A stretch of DNA of 64,000 nt from Carcharhinus longimanus (GCA_030264375.1 JASCQW010000148.1:12815648-12879647); one strand, 5' to 3'; positions 13,601 to 27,019 are shown, counted from the first letter of the stretch. Notes: generated by a model not told the origin, from the letters alone. Program-made: numbers and translations.

Positions 13601-14860
13601 ATCGGTTTTTATATTTCTAGCTGGTTTTTTCCATACTCTAATTTCTCCCTCCTTATTAACCTTTTAACGATTATTTGCTAAACTTCATATTCTGCCCAAT
13701 CTTCTCACCTGATACTCAACTTTGTGGTATTCTATGCATTTTCTTTCAATTTGGTACTATATTCAACTTCTTTAGTTAGCTACTTGCTGAAATGCATCTT
13801 TTCTCAGTATTTTGAAATATCTCCTTAAATATCTACCACTGCAACTCTACTGATGTATCCCTTAACATAATTTCCCAGTTCACATTAGCCAGTTCAGTAT
13901 TTATGCCATCATAATTGCCCTTACTTAAGTTTAAAACACTAGCCTTAAATCCACTCATCTCATCACTCAAACTAATTATGGAATTCAATCATATTATGAT
14001 CATTGCTACCTAGAGGCACCTTCACCAACGGTCATTAATTAATTCTGCCTCGTTGCACATTACCAGGTGCAATGTAGTCTCCTCTCTGGTTAGTGCTATA
14101 ATGTGGGCTCTAAGAAAATATCCCAAAAACATTCTACAAACTCATCATCCAGGTTTGGACAGTGAGAGCCTTTTACCTTGGATGGTGATGGCTAACACAA
14201 GGGGACATAGCTTTAAATTAAGGGGTGGTAATNNNNNNNNNNNNNNNNNNNNNNNNNNNNNNNNNNNNNNNNNNNNNNNNNNNNNNNNNNNNNNNNNNNN
14301 NNNNNNNNNNNNNNNNNNNNNNNNNNNNNNNNTAGATTGGTTCCACTGGTCGGCGCAACATTGAGGGCCGAAGGGCCTGTACTGCGCTGTAATGTTCTAT
14401 GTTCTATGTAGGTTACCTCTGCCAACCTGATTTGTCCAATCTATATGTAGATTTAAATCACCCATGATTATCTTTGTTCCTTTCATACAAGCCCTCAATA
14501 TTTCTTCCTGTATCCTTGTCCTACAGGAGGCCTATAAACCACTCCCACAAGTGACTTCTTATCTTTACTATTTCACATCTCTACCCAATCTAATTCTACA
14601 TCTTGATCTCTAGAACTAAGATCATCTCTCTCTATTGTGCCAATGTCATTATTATTTAATAGAGCTAGTCCTTTTCCTAGCTCCCCATTCTTCCTAAATG
14701 TCACATACCCTTGAATATTCAGGTCTATTCCTTTGTCATCCTGCAGCCAGGTCTCCGTAATGTCTGTCAAATCATACAGATTTAGTTCTATTTGTGTTGT
14801 CAATCCATCTGTCTGTTTTACTTTTTTTGTAATTTCTACTCTTATCTCGTGGTGCACTCA
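10690..14860 (-). mobile_element. Decayed CR1 LINE ORF2 (endonuclease + RT) with nested insertions
   Basis: Endonuclease motif YDLTDITETWLQDD (14573-14857); RT motifs GKSCLTNFWNFSEEVTSNIDEGEPVDVLYLEFQKAYDQVPY (11148-11336). Confidence 0.9.
11466..13185 (-). mobile_element. Nested second CR1 LINE (RT to 3' end) inserted in the older CR1
   Basis: ORF fragments YMDFSKAFEKVPHGRL, QGSMLGPLLFVIYTNNLD..FMDDTKIG..FNPEKCDVMHLG; own 3' tail at about 11466; the outer element is interrupted at about 11460 and resumes at about 13185. Confidence 0.85.
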
Positions 14861-15112
14861 TAGGTTTGTACACTCTGTTCCTTCCTCCCACACACTGTGC
14901 ATCATTTCTCTGATTCCTCCCATTCTCTTTTGCCTTGTCTTCCCAACTCATTTATCACATCTTCTCAAACTTGATTCCTTGCCCCCACTTTTTTGCACTC
15001 TTGTTATATGACTTGCTGGAACATTCATCCTAACATGGTTCATCTGAACACTGTACCAAAGTTATAACTTCCACTTTCTCCAGACTGGTGCCAGCGCTCC
15101 ATGAATCAAAAC

Positions 15113-15905
15113 TCATTTCTCCCAAACCAACCTTTGAGCCATGCATTTTACTCTAATCTGAAGTGCATTATGCCAATTTGCTTGTGGCTCAGGTAGTAAT
15201 CCAGAGATTATTACCTTTGAGAATCTGCTTTTTAATGTAGCCCCTAGCTGCTGACACACCCTCAGCAGGACCTCTTTCGTAGTTCTACCTATGTCCTTGA
15301 TATACAACCATTGGATCCTTCCCCTCCCGTTGCAACCATAACCACTGGATTCTCCACCTCCCCAGCCCAGACAACATATTCTGAACCCTGTCACTGGGCA
15401 GCCAACACAGCCGTCTGGGCTCCCACTCTCAGCTCCAGAGAATGTGTCAATCCCCCTGACCATACTGTCCCCAACTACCACTATATTACGATTAAGTCCC
15501 CCCACTTGAATGGTTTTCTGTACCATGGTCAGTTTGCTCATCCACGCTGAAGCAACCAGTTTCATCTACACAGGCTGCAAGATTTGTTGGACAATTACAA
15601 AGGCGGAGGCTGCTTCATTTCTATCAACTGCATCCCCATACTTGCCTCATTCACAGTCACACCCTCCTTTCCTGACCACTGACCAAATTAGAAGACCTAG
15701 TCTGAGGGATGTGACTGCCTCCTAGTACAAAGTGTCCAGGTAACTTTCTCCCTTCCTTATGCATTATAGTATCTGCAGTTCAGCATCCAGCTCAATGACT
15801 CAGAGTAGAAACTCCACAGACAAATACTGCAGATGTATTTGACTTGGATCACCTTAGTGTTCAGGAATTCTATTCTGCAGTTGGAACACATCACCTGCCC
15901 TGCAA
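15113..15905 (-). mobile_element. CR1 LINE ORF1 remnant (Cys-rich N-terminus + SGNH esterase domain)
   Basis: VVVGDSMVRGID (GDSL-like block) in ORF 15113-15565; manual translation AGQVMCSNCR...YICSICL near 15800-15900. Confidence 0.85.
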
Positions 15906-16089
15906 TTAGTTAATTAATTTATAAGTAATAAACACTGCTTCTCCCAATAACCTTTACTATTGCTAGTAAACCTTACTACAACTCAAAAAATCCTTTCAAT
16001 CACTAATAAGTTACACACATTTTGAAGATAAACAAACCAAATAATCACCACTTATCTAATATCTTCCCCTAATATAATTGTAAAAGATT

Positions 16090-16485
16090 GTGTTGATTTT
16101 GATATACCTTGCAAGTTTCTTTTCATATTCCCTCTTTGTAGTTTGTTTTTACTTCACCCATTGCTGCTTCTTGTCTCTCTCCAATTTGCCAAGGTCTTTT
16201 TTTTCCATCTTTGTATGCTCTTTCTTTCAATTTTATGTTGTCCCTAACCTCTTTAGTTGTCTGTTTTTCTTGACAAGTGAGGTACTTGTCCCTTAGCAGG
16301 ATAACCTGGTTCTGTAGCACATTAAATTCCCTTTTGAGCATCTCTCATTGATCTTCTGTCATTTTATCCCTGGATATATTTGTTCAGTTTACTGTAGAAT
16401 GTCTCTATCTCATTCTGTTGAAGTCGGCTTTATCTAAATCTAGAAGCTTAGTTGTTGCGTTGTGTTTCTGAGTTCCAAACGTAAC
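16090..16485 (-). mobile_element. CR1 LINE ORF2 fragment
   Basis: Decayed linker peptide MLKREFNVLQNQVILLRDK..IKLKERAYK; LINE-like sequence continues after the insertion at about 17450. Confidence 0.65.
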
Positions 16486-16486
16486 A

Positions 16487-17450
16487 GCCTGGATTCTTCC
16501 AAAAAAAACTAAGTGCCCAACAGGCAGGAAGACTGGAAATTTGCCTGCCCGTATTTTGGGTGTACTTAGTTTCACGAATCCCTGGCACTTACGCAGGAAA
16601 GGAGGGGCGGGCTTAATCCCATTGGAGAGGCCGATAGCATAGTGTTGAGCAGGCCACTGCGATGCACGGATTTGTCAGTGTAGAGATCAGTGCATGCATA
16701 CTGGCCCCACCCATTGCCAGCCTCCTGATCGCTGGCCTTCCGACATCTTCCCAATCAAACTCCCCAACCACCCTCCCCTCTGATTGCCAGCCGACCTACA
16801 CATTCCACCAATCATCAGCCTACCCAAACCCTCCCCACCGTGATCCTGATCGCAGGCCTACCCAACCCCCTTCCCTACCCTGATCGCTGGTCCAGCCCCA
16901 ACCCCCATGGCTTGCCCTGATCACCTCCTCCCTCCCAACCCCATCGATGCCATTGCAGCGTGTGAAGCAGGGCCCCCCCACCCCACTGGTCGCACCACCC
17001 AGTAGTCCCTGCCCTGCAGTAGGCTCTACCCCCTCTGGCCCTGCCTCCAGTGCCTCGTGGGCAGTGCCAGTGTGCATCTTGGGCAATGCCTGAGTGCCAC
17101 AGTGGTGGGGGGGGGTGCCTCAATGGCCTCTGTCCCCACCAGCGGGGTGAGCACACCTGATCCTATTGGTCAAGAGCAGTTGTAAATCACGCTGGTGGGA
17201 ATCTCTCCCAGTTGCTTGGTGTGGGGGGAAGTTACTCGCGGGCCCTGAACCTACTATCCCAGGCTTGCTAGTCATATGGAAATGACAATTTCTGTATAGT
17301 AATCAGCCCCGCGCTGGTCTCCAAAAAAATGGGCCTGGGAAACTCGCAATCAGCCACACGCTGGTCATGAGTCCTACCACAGGCCCCCACTGATGGCTCC
17401 CGGCCTGTTGTGCTACTCAAGCAGTACAGCTGGCTGGCAGAATCCCAGCA
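16487..17450. mobile_element. Non-autonomous Harbinger-type DNA element
   Basis: Imperfect TIRs gcctggattcttcc / ggcagaatcccagc; flanked by aca...aca 3-bp direct repeat; GC-rich, C-skewed interior; no coding motif. Confidence 0.7.
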
Positions 17451-17669
17451 ACATTTAATTCAATCATATTATGGTCAATATTAGTTAATTGTTAGCCTGT
17501 TTACCAAATATAGTCATTACACGTCACTAAATCAATAGTCTGCCGCCTTGTTGGTCCTAGAATATGTTCTTGCAAAAACCTAACCTGAACACACTCAGGA
17601 TATCTGCTACCTTTCTGTATGAGTATTCACCTTCTATAAGTTCCAGCTTATCCAACATACTTAGCACAA

Positions 17670-18090
17670 ACTCTCAGCCATATAAATCCCATTTCCATTC
17701 TCTTCAACTCCACCGACATCCCTTGTGTGTCAATTCCAAAATTCTTCTCTTTGTTTTCAAATCATGTCAAAGCCCCACTGCATTTGTGATTCCTTCCTAT
17801 TTTACAACTTGTATGCAGCCCTGCTCCTCCATCACTGGATGTCTCGTCAATTCTCCTCCTTCCAGTGCACTACTGCTAACTGCACCTTTGGACTTTCCAA
17901 TTGTTCTTTTTGGAATTCCCTACCAAATCCTCTCTTGCCACTTCCTGCTTTCAGAAACATCCTGAAAATCTTCCACTTTGACCATGGTTTTTTTCCCCCT
18001 AGTCTTTACATTTCTCTCCATCTTTCCCTTCATTGCAACTTTTCCTCCTTTTGGTAAAGTGCTTAAAGGTACTTCCATCCATGTGAAGAA
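17670..18090 (+). mobile_element. L2-type LINE 3' end
   Basis: caattccaaaattcttctctttgttttcaaatc ... tttggaattccctaccaaatcctctc ... gtaaagtgctt; a similar copy lies at about 40620-40990. Confidence 0.6.
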
Positions 18091-18289
18091 TTCTATGTAT
18101 AAATGTATACTGTCATTGAATGTTCTATATTCAACCCCTGATGTAAATCGCAACATGTCATTGCATCATTTGTGTGTGATAAAAGTGACCCATAAATCTT
18201 CCCAGAATCTCAACATAGAGATTCATTTTTTTCATTTAGTTGGGTGGAAACTCAATCAAGTCATTGTTGTAATGACAATTGTGGCTAAT

Positions 18290-18500
18290 TTTTGCACAAC
18301 AAGTTCCCATAGGCACGAAACCCGATAGAGGAGCAGATAATTTGTTTCAGCAGAGTTCATTGAAGTATAAATGTTGACCAGGGAGAACTTCCTTTTGAGT
18401 AGAGCTGTGGAATCTTTTATATCTATCTGAGGTGGCCTTGGATTCTCATCTAAAAGGTTGTAGCTGGGACAGCACAACAATCTTTCAGTTCTGCACTGAA
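18290..18500 (-). mobile_element. Ancient DeuSINE-like (SacSINE1-type) element
   Basis: aaatgttgaccagggagaacttcc...gtggaatcttttatatc...tcatctaaaagg...cagttctgcactgaa resembles the DeuSINE body on the minus strand; highly diverged. Confidence 0.5.
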
Positions 18501-19764
18501 AAAATATGTGGAAAACTGCCTTCACCCAAATATGTTGGAAGGGACATGAAAGATATTGATTGACAAATCCAATCTGCACAAGTACTAAAATGATTATTTC
18601 TGGAAAGTGTTAAAAGTTTTATTTATCCTTCATCACCATCTTTGATATTGTTTTTGCTACTAATATAGCAGGAATAACCTCAAGTACTGGACATCAGCAG
18701 ACGGAAAATATTTTTTGACAGTAAGGAACAACACAAGAGTTGATATCAGTAGATCCATAGTACCTGTGTTACATCTGAATATTTGTTTCAATATTGTGCA
18801 CAGATCTTTTTAAAAATACAATTCAGGAGCACATTATTGCATGCCCCTATTGCATATTTTAATCTTCTCAGTTTAAGATTTTCCCATAAACCACAAACAA
18901 TTAAAAAGCCCAATGGCCCTCCCACCCCTCCCTAATTAGTCACAGTATCCTGTTCATGTGTGTATTGCTAAGTACTTCAATTACCATCCTGCTACTGTCC
19001 TTGTTAGTACAGACAGACTGGGCCAGAAGGGAACAATTAACTGAATAGAAGTGTGCAGGTGGAAACCTGTATTGTGTACCTGTCCCCAAAGGGACAGTGT
19101 TACAATATTGCACACACTCCCAGCTGTGAATCAGATAGAATGGACCATGGGCAGATTTTGAGTTTCTCCATGCAAGTACGAAAGGTGAATGCTTCTTACT
19201 GTTTTCATTATGAGCTCTCCTGCTGCAGTAACAGTGACTTTTCACTATTCAAATAAAAAAAGCACATTAATTCTTCGAGCCCCTTGCATTTGACAAAATA
19301 TGCGCATATATTTTTCTAATATATGTCTGCAAAAAGATTTTCTGTAAACCTTTACCAGTAAATAAAATAGTGGAAATAAAGAAGTGTACTGAACCAAAAG
19401 ACATTTTTAATCCCTAAATTAGCTTTTAATGTTTATTCAGCTACATTAACTGATTTTCTCTTTGGTCCAGAATCCATCTGTTTTATTTCTAAAGAAAGGT
19501 TTTAACTCTGTACTTACATTTTTTCAGAAATACAGCAAATAAATTTACATTGCAGTTCTAATACAGAGAAAATGCTGGCCATCACAAAAATGTTTAGTTT
19601 CAGTGATTCGCTGAATGTTGAAACTCAAACATCAACATAATATACATAATATACATAATATACAACTAATTGACTGCAGATCATCACACAACACATTTGA
19701 AATGATAACACATCCTGACAGCAAACTATCAACTGAATAGGGTACCTTGGCTCTTTCATGTAAT

Positions 19765-20080
19765 CATCATAGAACTCTTACAGTGCAGAAAGAGACCATT
19801 CGGCCCATCATGTCTGCACCGGCAACAATCCCTCCCAGGCCCCATTCCCATAACCTCACACATTTACCACGGCACTAAGGGACAATTTAGCATGGCCAAT
19901 TAACCTAATCTGTGCATCTTTGGACTACGGGAGGAAACCAGAGCACCTGGAGGAAACCCACGCGGAGACAAGGAGAATGTGCAAACTCCACATAGACAGT
20001 GACCTGAGGCTGGAATTGAACCTGGGTCCTGGCAGTGACGCAGGCAGCTGTGCTAACTACTGTGCCTCTGTGTGCCACCC
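19765..20080 (-). mobile_element. HE1-like tRNA-derived V-SINE
   Basis: Reverse complement has a tRNA-like head (gggtggcacacagaggcacagtagttagcacagctgc...ggttcaattccagc) and the V-core. Confidence 0.85.
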
Positions 20081-20829
20081 ACAATCCACCACATCATCCA
20101 ATGAGTCCATCAACTGCATACACAGCCCTGCTAGACACACAAACTGATCTCACCCTGACTACAATTTCTTATGATATCAACTGGCATTATTTTAGAACAA
20201 TAAAAATTATCCTGAAGTAGTTTCACCATTTAACCTCATTCCTGAATCCACATGGCAGCTATAAAATCTTTAAAATTATACACCAGTAGTTTGTTCAACA
20301 GCCAGGCCTCTTGATGAGATTTATAAGCAAAACACTGGAGATGTTGGAAATCTGAATAAGACAGAAAATTATCAAATTACTCAACAAGTAAGGCAGCAAT
20401 TGTGGAGAAAAATAGAGTTAACATTTCAGGCCAATTATGACCCTTTGTCAGAAGTGCTGAAGAGCACTGAAGTGCTGACTTAAAACTTCGGGTGGAATCT
20501 TCTGTGCCCACCAGCAGTGGGAAGTTTGGTAGATGAGGGATCTTAATTTGGCGCAAGGTCAAAAGTCAGTTACCTGACAAAGCGATGAATGTCAGGAATT
20601 CTGATCCCAGGACCTAAAAAGTGAGTTGAGCTTCCTGATGAACAATGTCAGGAAGCCTTTTTGCATACAATAGTACATCTTGCATGCTCATTAAAAAGTC
20701 ACCTTTTTAGAATGAAGTTTTCCCCTTCAAATTAATTTCCCTGCCAACAATCAAGTTAGAACGTTCATTTTTACAACTGCATGTAAGTGGCTAGGACCTG
20801 GTGAGCTTGACTTCTTCCATGATTAATGG

Positions 20830-21078
20830 TGAGTTGCCACTGCATTGTCCTGTTTGGGGAAGCATCTGTAAATATCACTCTGCATCAAGCATGGCTGATC
20901 AGGAGCCTCTCCCACTCTTACCACAACCATTGGTGTGTTAGAAGGATTTGCAGGTTGACACTCAACCTCTTTGGCCATGTTATGAACACACCTTCCTTAG
21001 CCACCAAGTCCTGGGATGGGACTCGAACCCAGAGCTTCTGGCTTAAAGGTAGGGACACTACCCAGTGCACCACAGGGC
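20830..21078 (-). mobile_element. tRNA-derived SINE of a second family
   Basis: Minus-strand head cctgtggtgcactgggtagtgtccc...gggttcgagtccc with A/B-box-like motifs. Confidence 0.6.
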
Positions 21079-21844
21079 CATTGGTGAAATTACTGACTCA
21101 TAATCATTCCCAGATCTCTTATCCTTAACAAAATACATATCACACAGTGTTCCTAGTGTTCATTGTGATATCACAATGTTAGCATAGATCTTCTCTGAAG
21201 GAGCAATTACCATCAGATTGCTGTCCTAGTCATAGTTTTCTGCATCCTAACATAGCTCCGCATTTTGGGTTGAGTCTTCCAAGCCCAGTTTCTCCACAAA
21301 TGCGGAGCTTTCATTCTGTCGGAGAATTCCATTGCAGCAGAGTGGTGTCAGGGGTGGGGGAAGACTGGACTTGCTCACTTTTTTATCACACTGGATGCCA
21401 TAAAGTAGGTTTAAATGTCCAGTGCAAATGTTAGTGAATGACTGAACGACTGAATGGGTAGAGTGGAAGGTCAGTAGGATAGCAGATCGGTAGGGTGGGT
21501 GAGTGTAGGTGGGCCTAGGGTAATCAGGACAGGTCTAGATGGGGTATTCAAGTTAAGGTTTAGTTTGGTCTTGTCAGTTGTCAGTTGGAGAGGGATAATC
21601 AGGTGGTCAGGGGTTAGTATCAGCAGGAGACATTGTTGGGTTGGGAATTGGTCGGAGTTAGTCAGGGCGAGGGTCAGAGGGAACACGCGGGTCAGGAGGG
21701 GTTGTTGGCTCTGACTAGATTGGGCAAGGTAGGTAGTCATTTCTGTGGTTACATACTCGTCTGCTTGACAGTGTTTCGCAGCTGGTCTGCACCCCGAGAG
21801 CAAATTGAGAATATGGACTCTATCTTGGTTTCCAGGTTGCGGCA

Positions 21845-22413
21845 TCTGCTATAGAGCTCGTGTATGAGATGGTTGAGGAATGCGAAAGAGTTACGATGGC
21901 AAAGTCTCTCAGCGTAGCCTGTATTATAGGTTTACCTGAGTGGGTTCGTGATCTGTCGTCCTTTTGGTATCTTGTCTGCTTTCTTGCATCTTTGTCGAAA
22001 CTTGATGTCTGTGTCGATATGCGNNNNNNNNNNNNNNNNNNNNNNNNNNNNNNNNNNNNNNNNNNNNNNNNNNNNNNNNNNNNNNNNNNNNNNNNNNNNN
22101 NNNNNNNNNNNNNNNNNNNNNNNATGCGCAATCTGCTTGGAGATCCTCTCCACTTTGAGCCAGCCGCTTGCAGTGTCTTTGGCAGCCATGATGTGGAGAT
22201 GCCAGTGTTGGACTGGAGTAAGCAATCTCACAACACCAGGTTAAAGTCCAACACGTTTATTTGGTAGCACAAGCTTTCAGAGTGTTGCCCTTCACCTGAT
22301 GAAGGGGCAACATTTCGAAAGCTTGTGCTACCAAATAAACCTGTTTGACTTTAACGTGATGTTGTGAGATTACTTACTGTGCTAACCCTAGTCCAACGCC
22401 GGCATCTCCACAT
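21845..22413 (-). mobile_element. Penelope-like element 5' fragment with palindromic terminal repeat
   Basis: About 220-bp imperfect palindrome at 22191-22413, then minus-strand ORF start MAAKDTASGWLKVERISKQIAH/IDTDIKFRQRCKKADKIPKGRQITNPLR. Confidence 0.75.
22293..22327 (+). ncRNA. Minimal type I hammerhead ribozyme-like motif (Penelope-associated, degenerate)
   Basis: cac-CTGATGA-aggggcaacatttc-GAAA-gc-TT-gtg: both core boxes present, stem I cac/gtg, weak stem II, palindromic aagctt in place of stem III. Confidence 0.6.
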
Positions 22414-23213
22414 TGTAGTTATGTACAATTAGACTAGGATTCTTCTACCCCACACTTCCTGAGTAACTATCCAGTTTGTTATTTACATTATTTAAAATCT
22501 TTGTCTGATATCAGTTCTATATCTTAAAGTAATTTTAAATCAATTTAACAATCTTTTTTACTTGGGTAAAGAGTGATAGAAAGGCTATTAATTTAGTTTA
22601 CATAAGAAGAAAATTAAAATTGGAATAATCATCACTTTTATTTGTGTACCTTAAGCAATGTTAAGCACAGCCGGAAGAACTGTGAAGATAAATACCTGGA
22701 TTGATACAGAATCTCATTTTAACACTCCATAGTGCTTCATTTTTGTGAGGTGCATGGTTGTTACCTCACTAAAATATTATTATACATAGTGATGTTATGT
22801 AACATTATAAAACTACAAAGTATTTACAGAACAGAAACAGGCCATTTAGTTCAATAGGTGGTGTTTATGCTCTACACATTCCTTCTCTCAATCCTCTTCA
22901 TTTAGCCCTATTAAAAAATGCTTTTATGCTTTATCCTGTTATGTTGCTTATCCAGCTTCCCTTTGAATGCATCAATAATATTCACTCCCACTACTTCCTG
23001 CGGTTGCGAGTTGCTCATTCTAGCCATATTTTAGATAAAGAAATTCCTCTTGAATTCCTTATTAGATTTGTTAGTGATTGTCTTATATTTATATTTGGTT
23101 CAGGTCTTCCCACAAGCTTGGACATCTTTTCTGTGTCTATCCCATCAGATTCATTCATAACTTTTTTACAAGTATTTTCCATGCATAGACAATGGGCACA
23201 AATCAAGCTTATT

Positions 23214-24081
23214 GGGCCCTATTTTGATTCTAAGTGCTGGGCAGACTTGAAGCTGGGAGTGTTTCAGATCCGACTTTTAGACCTTTCTCAGGTGCCCCAC
23301 TATGTACTTGCCTGAAAAAGTATCAGCAATTCCAAATCACGCTGGAGAAGTCTGTGGGTGGGGCTTAACGCACCTGAAATCCTGCAGCTCTGATTGGTGC
23401 CTCCAACTGCGCATGTGCAGGGAAAAAAAGATAGAATACAACTCCTCTGCCACATCACTCCTGGGCCAGATAGTGCCTTCCCCTGACCCCATAGGCCCTC
23501 TTATCCCCTCGCCACCCAGACCAAACACGGGCCCCTCTCCCCTCGACCCCCCACCACCAATCTCAAATGGAGTGGCAGCGGAACCCTCTTCCCCTCACTG
23601 ATCACAGGCAGTGCCAGTGGACTCCCCATTTCCCCCTCAATGAATAAGGCAGAGTGACAGNNNNNNNNNNNNNNNNNNNNNNNNNNNNNNNNNNNNNNNN
23701 NNNNNNNNNNNNNNNNNNNNNNNNNNNNNNNNNNNNNNNNNNNNNNNATCTCAAGCAGAGAGCCATCAGTTGCTTGGCACCTACCTCCTCGCTAACACGG
23801 GTGCCTGAATCTTTTGTACAGCATGTCTGTTTCGCGCCAATTCTGGATGGGCAAACGCAGTGGTAACGAGGAAGTGCCGGTAAAGTTGGGCGTGCAGCCC
23901 ATTAAGTCAATTTAAATGCATGTCCGTTTCTGGCGCAGTCCCAATCGCGGCCATTTTTGGGCCTTGGTAAAGGTGGAAATCGGCGTGGAGGTGGGCGTGA
24001 ATCACACTACTCACCTCACGCCCGACTTTACCAAGTTTTCGCACCCGAAAACAGGGCGCAACGCGATGATAAAATCAGGCC
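23214..24081. mobile_element. Non-autonomous Harbinger-type DNA element
   Basis: Imperfect TIRs gggccctatttt / taaaatcaggcc; CpG-rich subterminal region; internal gap. Confidence 0.7.
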
Positions 24082-25173
24082 TTGTGTTTCCTTTTCACAT
24101 TATCCTTCCAAGTAGTCAAATTCTAGTTATACTTTTTCATCAGAGGGGAAAGAAGTGCTGTAGAATAAGAATCAACTTAAGGTGCTTACTGACTCGTAAC
24201 ATTTCTCCCCAGGCCCTCTACTCCAATGTTTGACCTGCTGGAGAATAAATTCCAGAAGGAATGGGTAGACGAGCAGAAAGTAAGAGACCAGATGAAGAAG
24301 AAGAAAAAGACCCATCAGGTTTGTGTGCAACCTAACAGTATAAATGCATTTTATAAATGAAACCACCGCAGGGCATCTCATACCAAGAGTTGGAATGAGA
24401 CCCAATTTAAATTGACCTGGAAGAAATTGATTTTCTTTCAGAGAAAATTGCAATACAGAATAACTCCAGTTGGGAGTGTACACTGGTAATGCGAAACTTT
24501 AAGTTTGCTTTTCTATTACTTGAACACATTGTCAAGTATAACAATTTCCTAATACTCTTGTCTTTATCAGCCTTATATTCTTATATCAAGCAGATGAACT
24601 GGAGCAGGCTTGTCCAACCTTTTTTCTGTTGGGGGGGGAGGTGTTACATGTCAGTTAATTTCTCAATCAAGGGACCAATCAGCAAATTTCAGAAAGATAA
24701 GGGCTAGTACAACATTAAACATGAATTTCCAAAAAAAATATCAATGTCAAAGCAGTAAATTGATCGTTTCAGAAAGAGTGAAAATGAGCATTAAAAAGTT
24801 CCAAGCAGGAGAGTTAATCAATATACCTGTTATTGCTTTGTCACTTAAGAAGCAGAAGTACAGAGACCACCAGGCCCCAAGTCTTGGTTACCATGGTAGG
24901 GGTTGGAAACAAGGCCTATATAAGGAGTTGGTTTAACAAACACTGACCTTGTGTTCTCTGATGGCATACACTCCGAGCTAGCCTTGGCAGAATTCATAGG
25001 AAAGTGGGGTTGGAAACGGGTTGCCTTTCAGCCTGGGTTTTCCTCCTCTCCTGGCTTACTTTGTGGACATGTTTTTGGGGAAGGAGGCAGAAGTCTGTGT
25101 CTGGCTCACTCACACTCTCAGGGTTCTTGCACTCACACAGACATACTCAGTCACACAAGCTGACAGACTCACT

Positions 25174-25182
<9 letters not shown>

Positions 25183-25217
<35 letters not shown>
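25183..25217. repeat. (AC)n microsatellite
   Basis: Direct observation; preceded by a short (AT)n run. Confidence 0.95.
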
Positions 25218-25222
<5 letters not shown>

Positions 25223-27019
25223 CCCATCAAGGCCCCCAAAATTTTGACATTTTACCTGCCGAGGAGGAAATTGGGACAGCCATGAACGTACTAAGAGATG
25301 CTTCCTCACGCCGCCCAATCAAGTCTCCAGCTGCCCCAGGCAGGGGACCAGATGGGGGTTGTTGCTGAAACCATTGTTCCTTGTGGCCTCCACAGCCCAC
25401 CTCTCTATCTTCTCCCTTGTGCTCCTTTTGGGGGCAGGTGCCTGAGCGGGAGGGCGAAAGAGAGAGAATGCATTCGGGCCACTCACCTTCATGATGCTCC
25501 TCCAATCCAATTAAGTCTAAATCAGAGTCAAACAGTTAAGCCCTGGGAAAGTGAACATATTCCTTCCTTAAATATGGAAATTAAGATTTTAATTCATTTA
25601 ACTATCATTCAATTAGGAACGATATATTGAAGAACATGCAAAAGGTGAAGTTCTTCAATATTTAATGTGACTTTGCTGAGATGGGCAAGGAGAGCGCTGA
25701 GAATATTGCTGAATATGTTAATTGGGGTCTGACTTACAATGAGGGAGACTTCTTTGTTAATAAACCCAAATGCCATAAAAATGCATTAAATGAAAAAGAA
25801 AATACATTGCAAGTCTCAGTGGGGTTAATTTTTCTAAAATCCTCAGAATAATGCAATAAGACAGCAGGAAAATATTGCTTTCTGCTATGCTTGAAAATCT
25901 GATTGAAATTTGAAGAGATTCCCTAAGTAAGCGCAATTGCAGGAAATATTTTTGGATATGGTCTATAATGGGGTCAGGGTCATCATTATAAGTGGAAATG
26001 TGTTTGGTTGGAGGGATCATTTGACGATCTTAAAAGACTGAGGTGATCCAGATATATTGTGCTTATGAGTATAACCAAAATTACTTGATCTTTTAGGCCA
26101 CATATTTGGCCTGTGCATGTCCTGAAGAATTACACAGAAAATTCCATCTCTGATATCTGGGATTAATTTGGATCCTCACAGTGTCACACTCAAAGATCTG
26201 CGTCATATTGTGTGGAAATTCTCAGAGAATAATCACAATTAAAAAAACAAAGGCAGGAAATTGACACCGGCCAGAAGTAACTTGCAACAGTAGTGTGGCC
26301 CTTCTTTTCTCCAAGGAAAAAATCATGAGCAAAATGCAAGTGCAAAGTCTCAACCACTAGTCGTATTTATTTAACATAATTGGATCTTGTAGTATGATGA
26401 TGAATTCTACAATATGAGGCACAATTTTGGATTAGAAATTGGGCCACTTAGTGGCCTGTTTCTAACCAGAAGGTGGATTTATTGCTAAACTGGATAAAAG
26501 GCATCCTTTGGCCATGCCTGAAGCAGCCTTCATGACCTAAAAGCTGTGAGATTTGGGAGGAGAGTGGGATCATAAAAATGGCAAGATTTTCAGAGGACTG
26601 TGGGATCATAATGTGGTAAACTTTTGTAAGAGATCAAGACTATAAAAGCTGTGAGATTTTGGAGGATAGCAGTGCCATAACATGGGGAGATTTGGGAGGA
26701 GAGCGGGGCTAGCCTGTGAACAGCCTTTGGGTTCAAAATCCCATAGGAACCAAAAATCGAGGTGTGACTTCATAGGGAAATTTATTGCCTGGTGGGTGTT
26801 GCTGCTTCAAGACGGAATCTAAACAACTGGCAAATTAAACGAATTAAAAATATTAAGATGAACAATAAGTATCCAATGAATAGCTGATGAGAGTTATCCT
26901 TTTATTTTAAGTAAGGTTTATTACTACCAGTAGGTGTGCTAAGTATTAATACAACCTATCAGTATCAATCATGTTTAGTAAGTGGTGGTAAGGTTTTTTA
27001 ATATTCTTAAAATTTAAGA

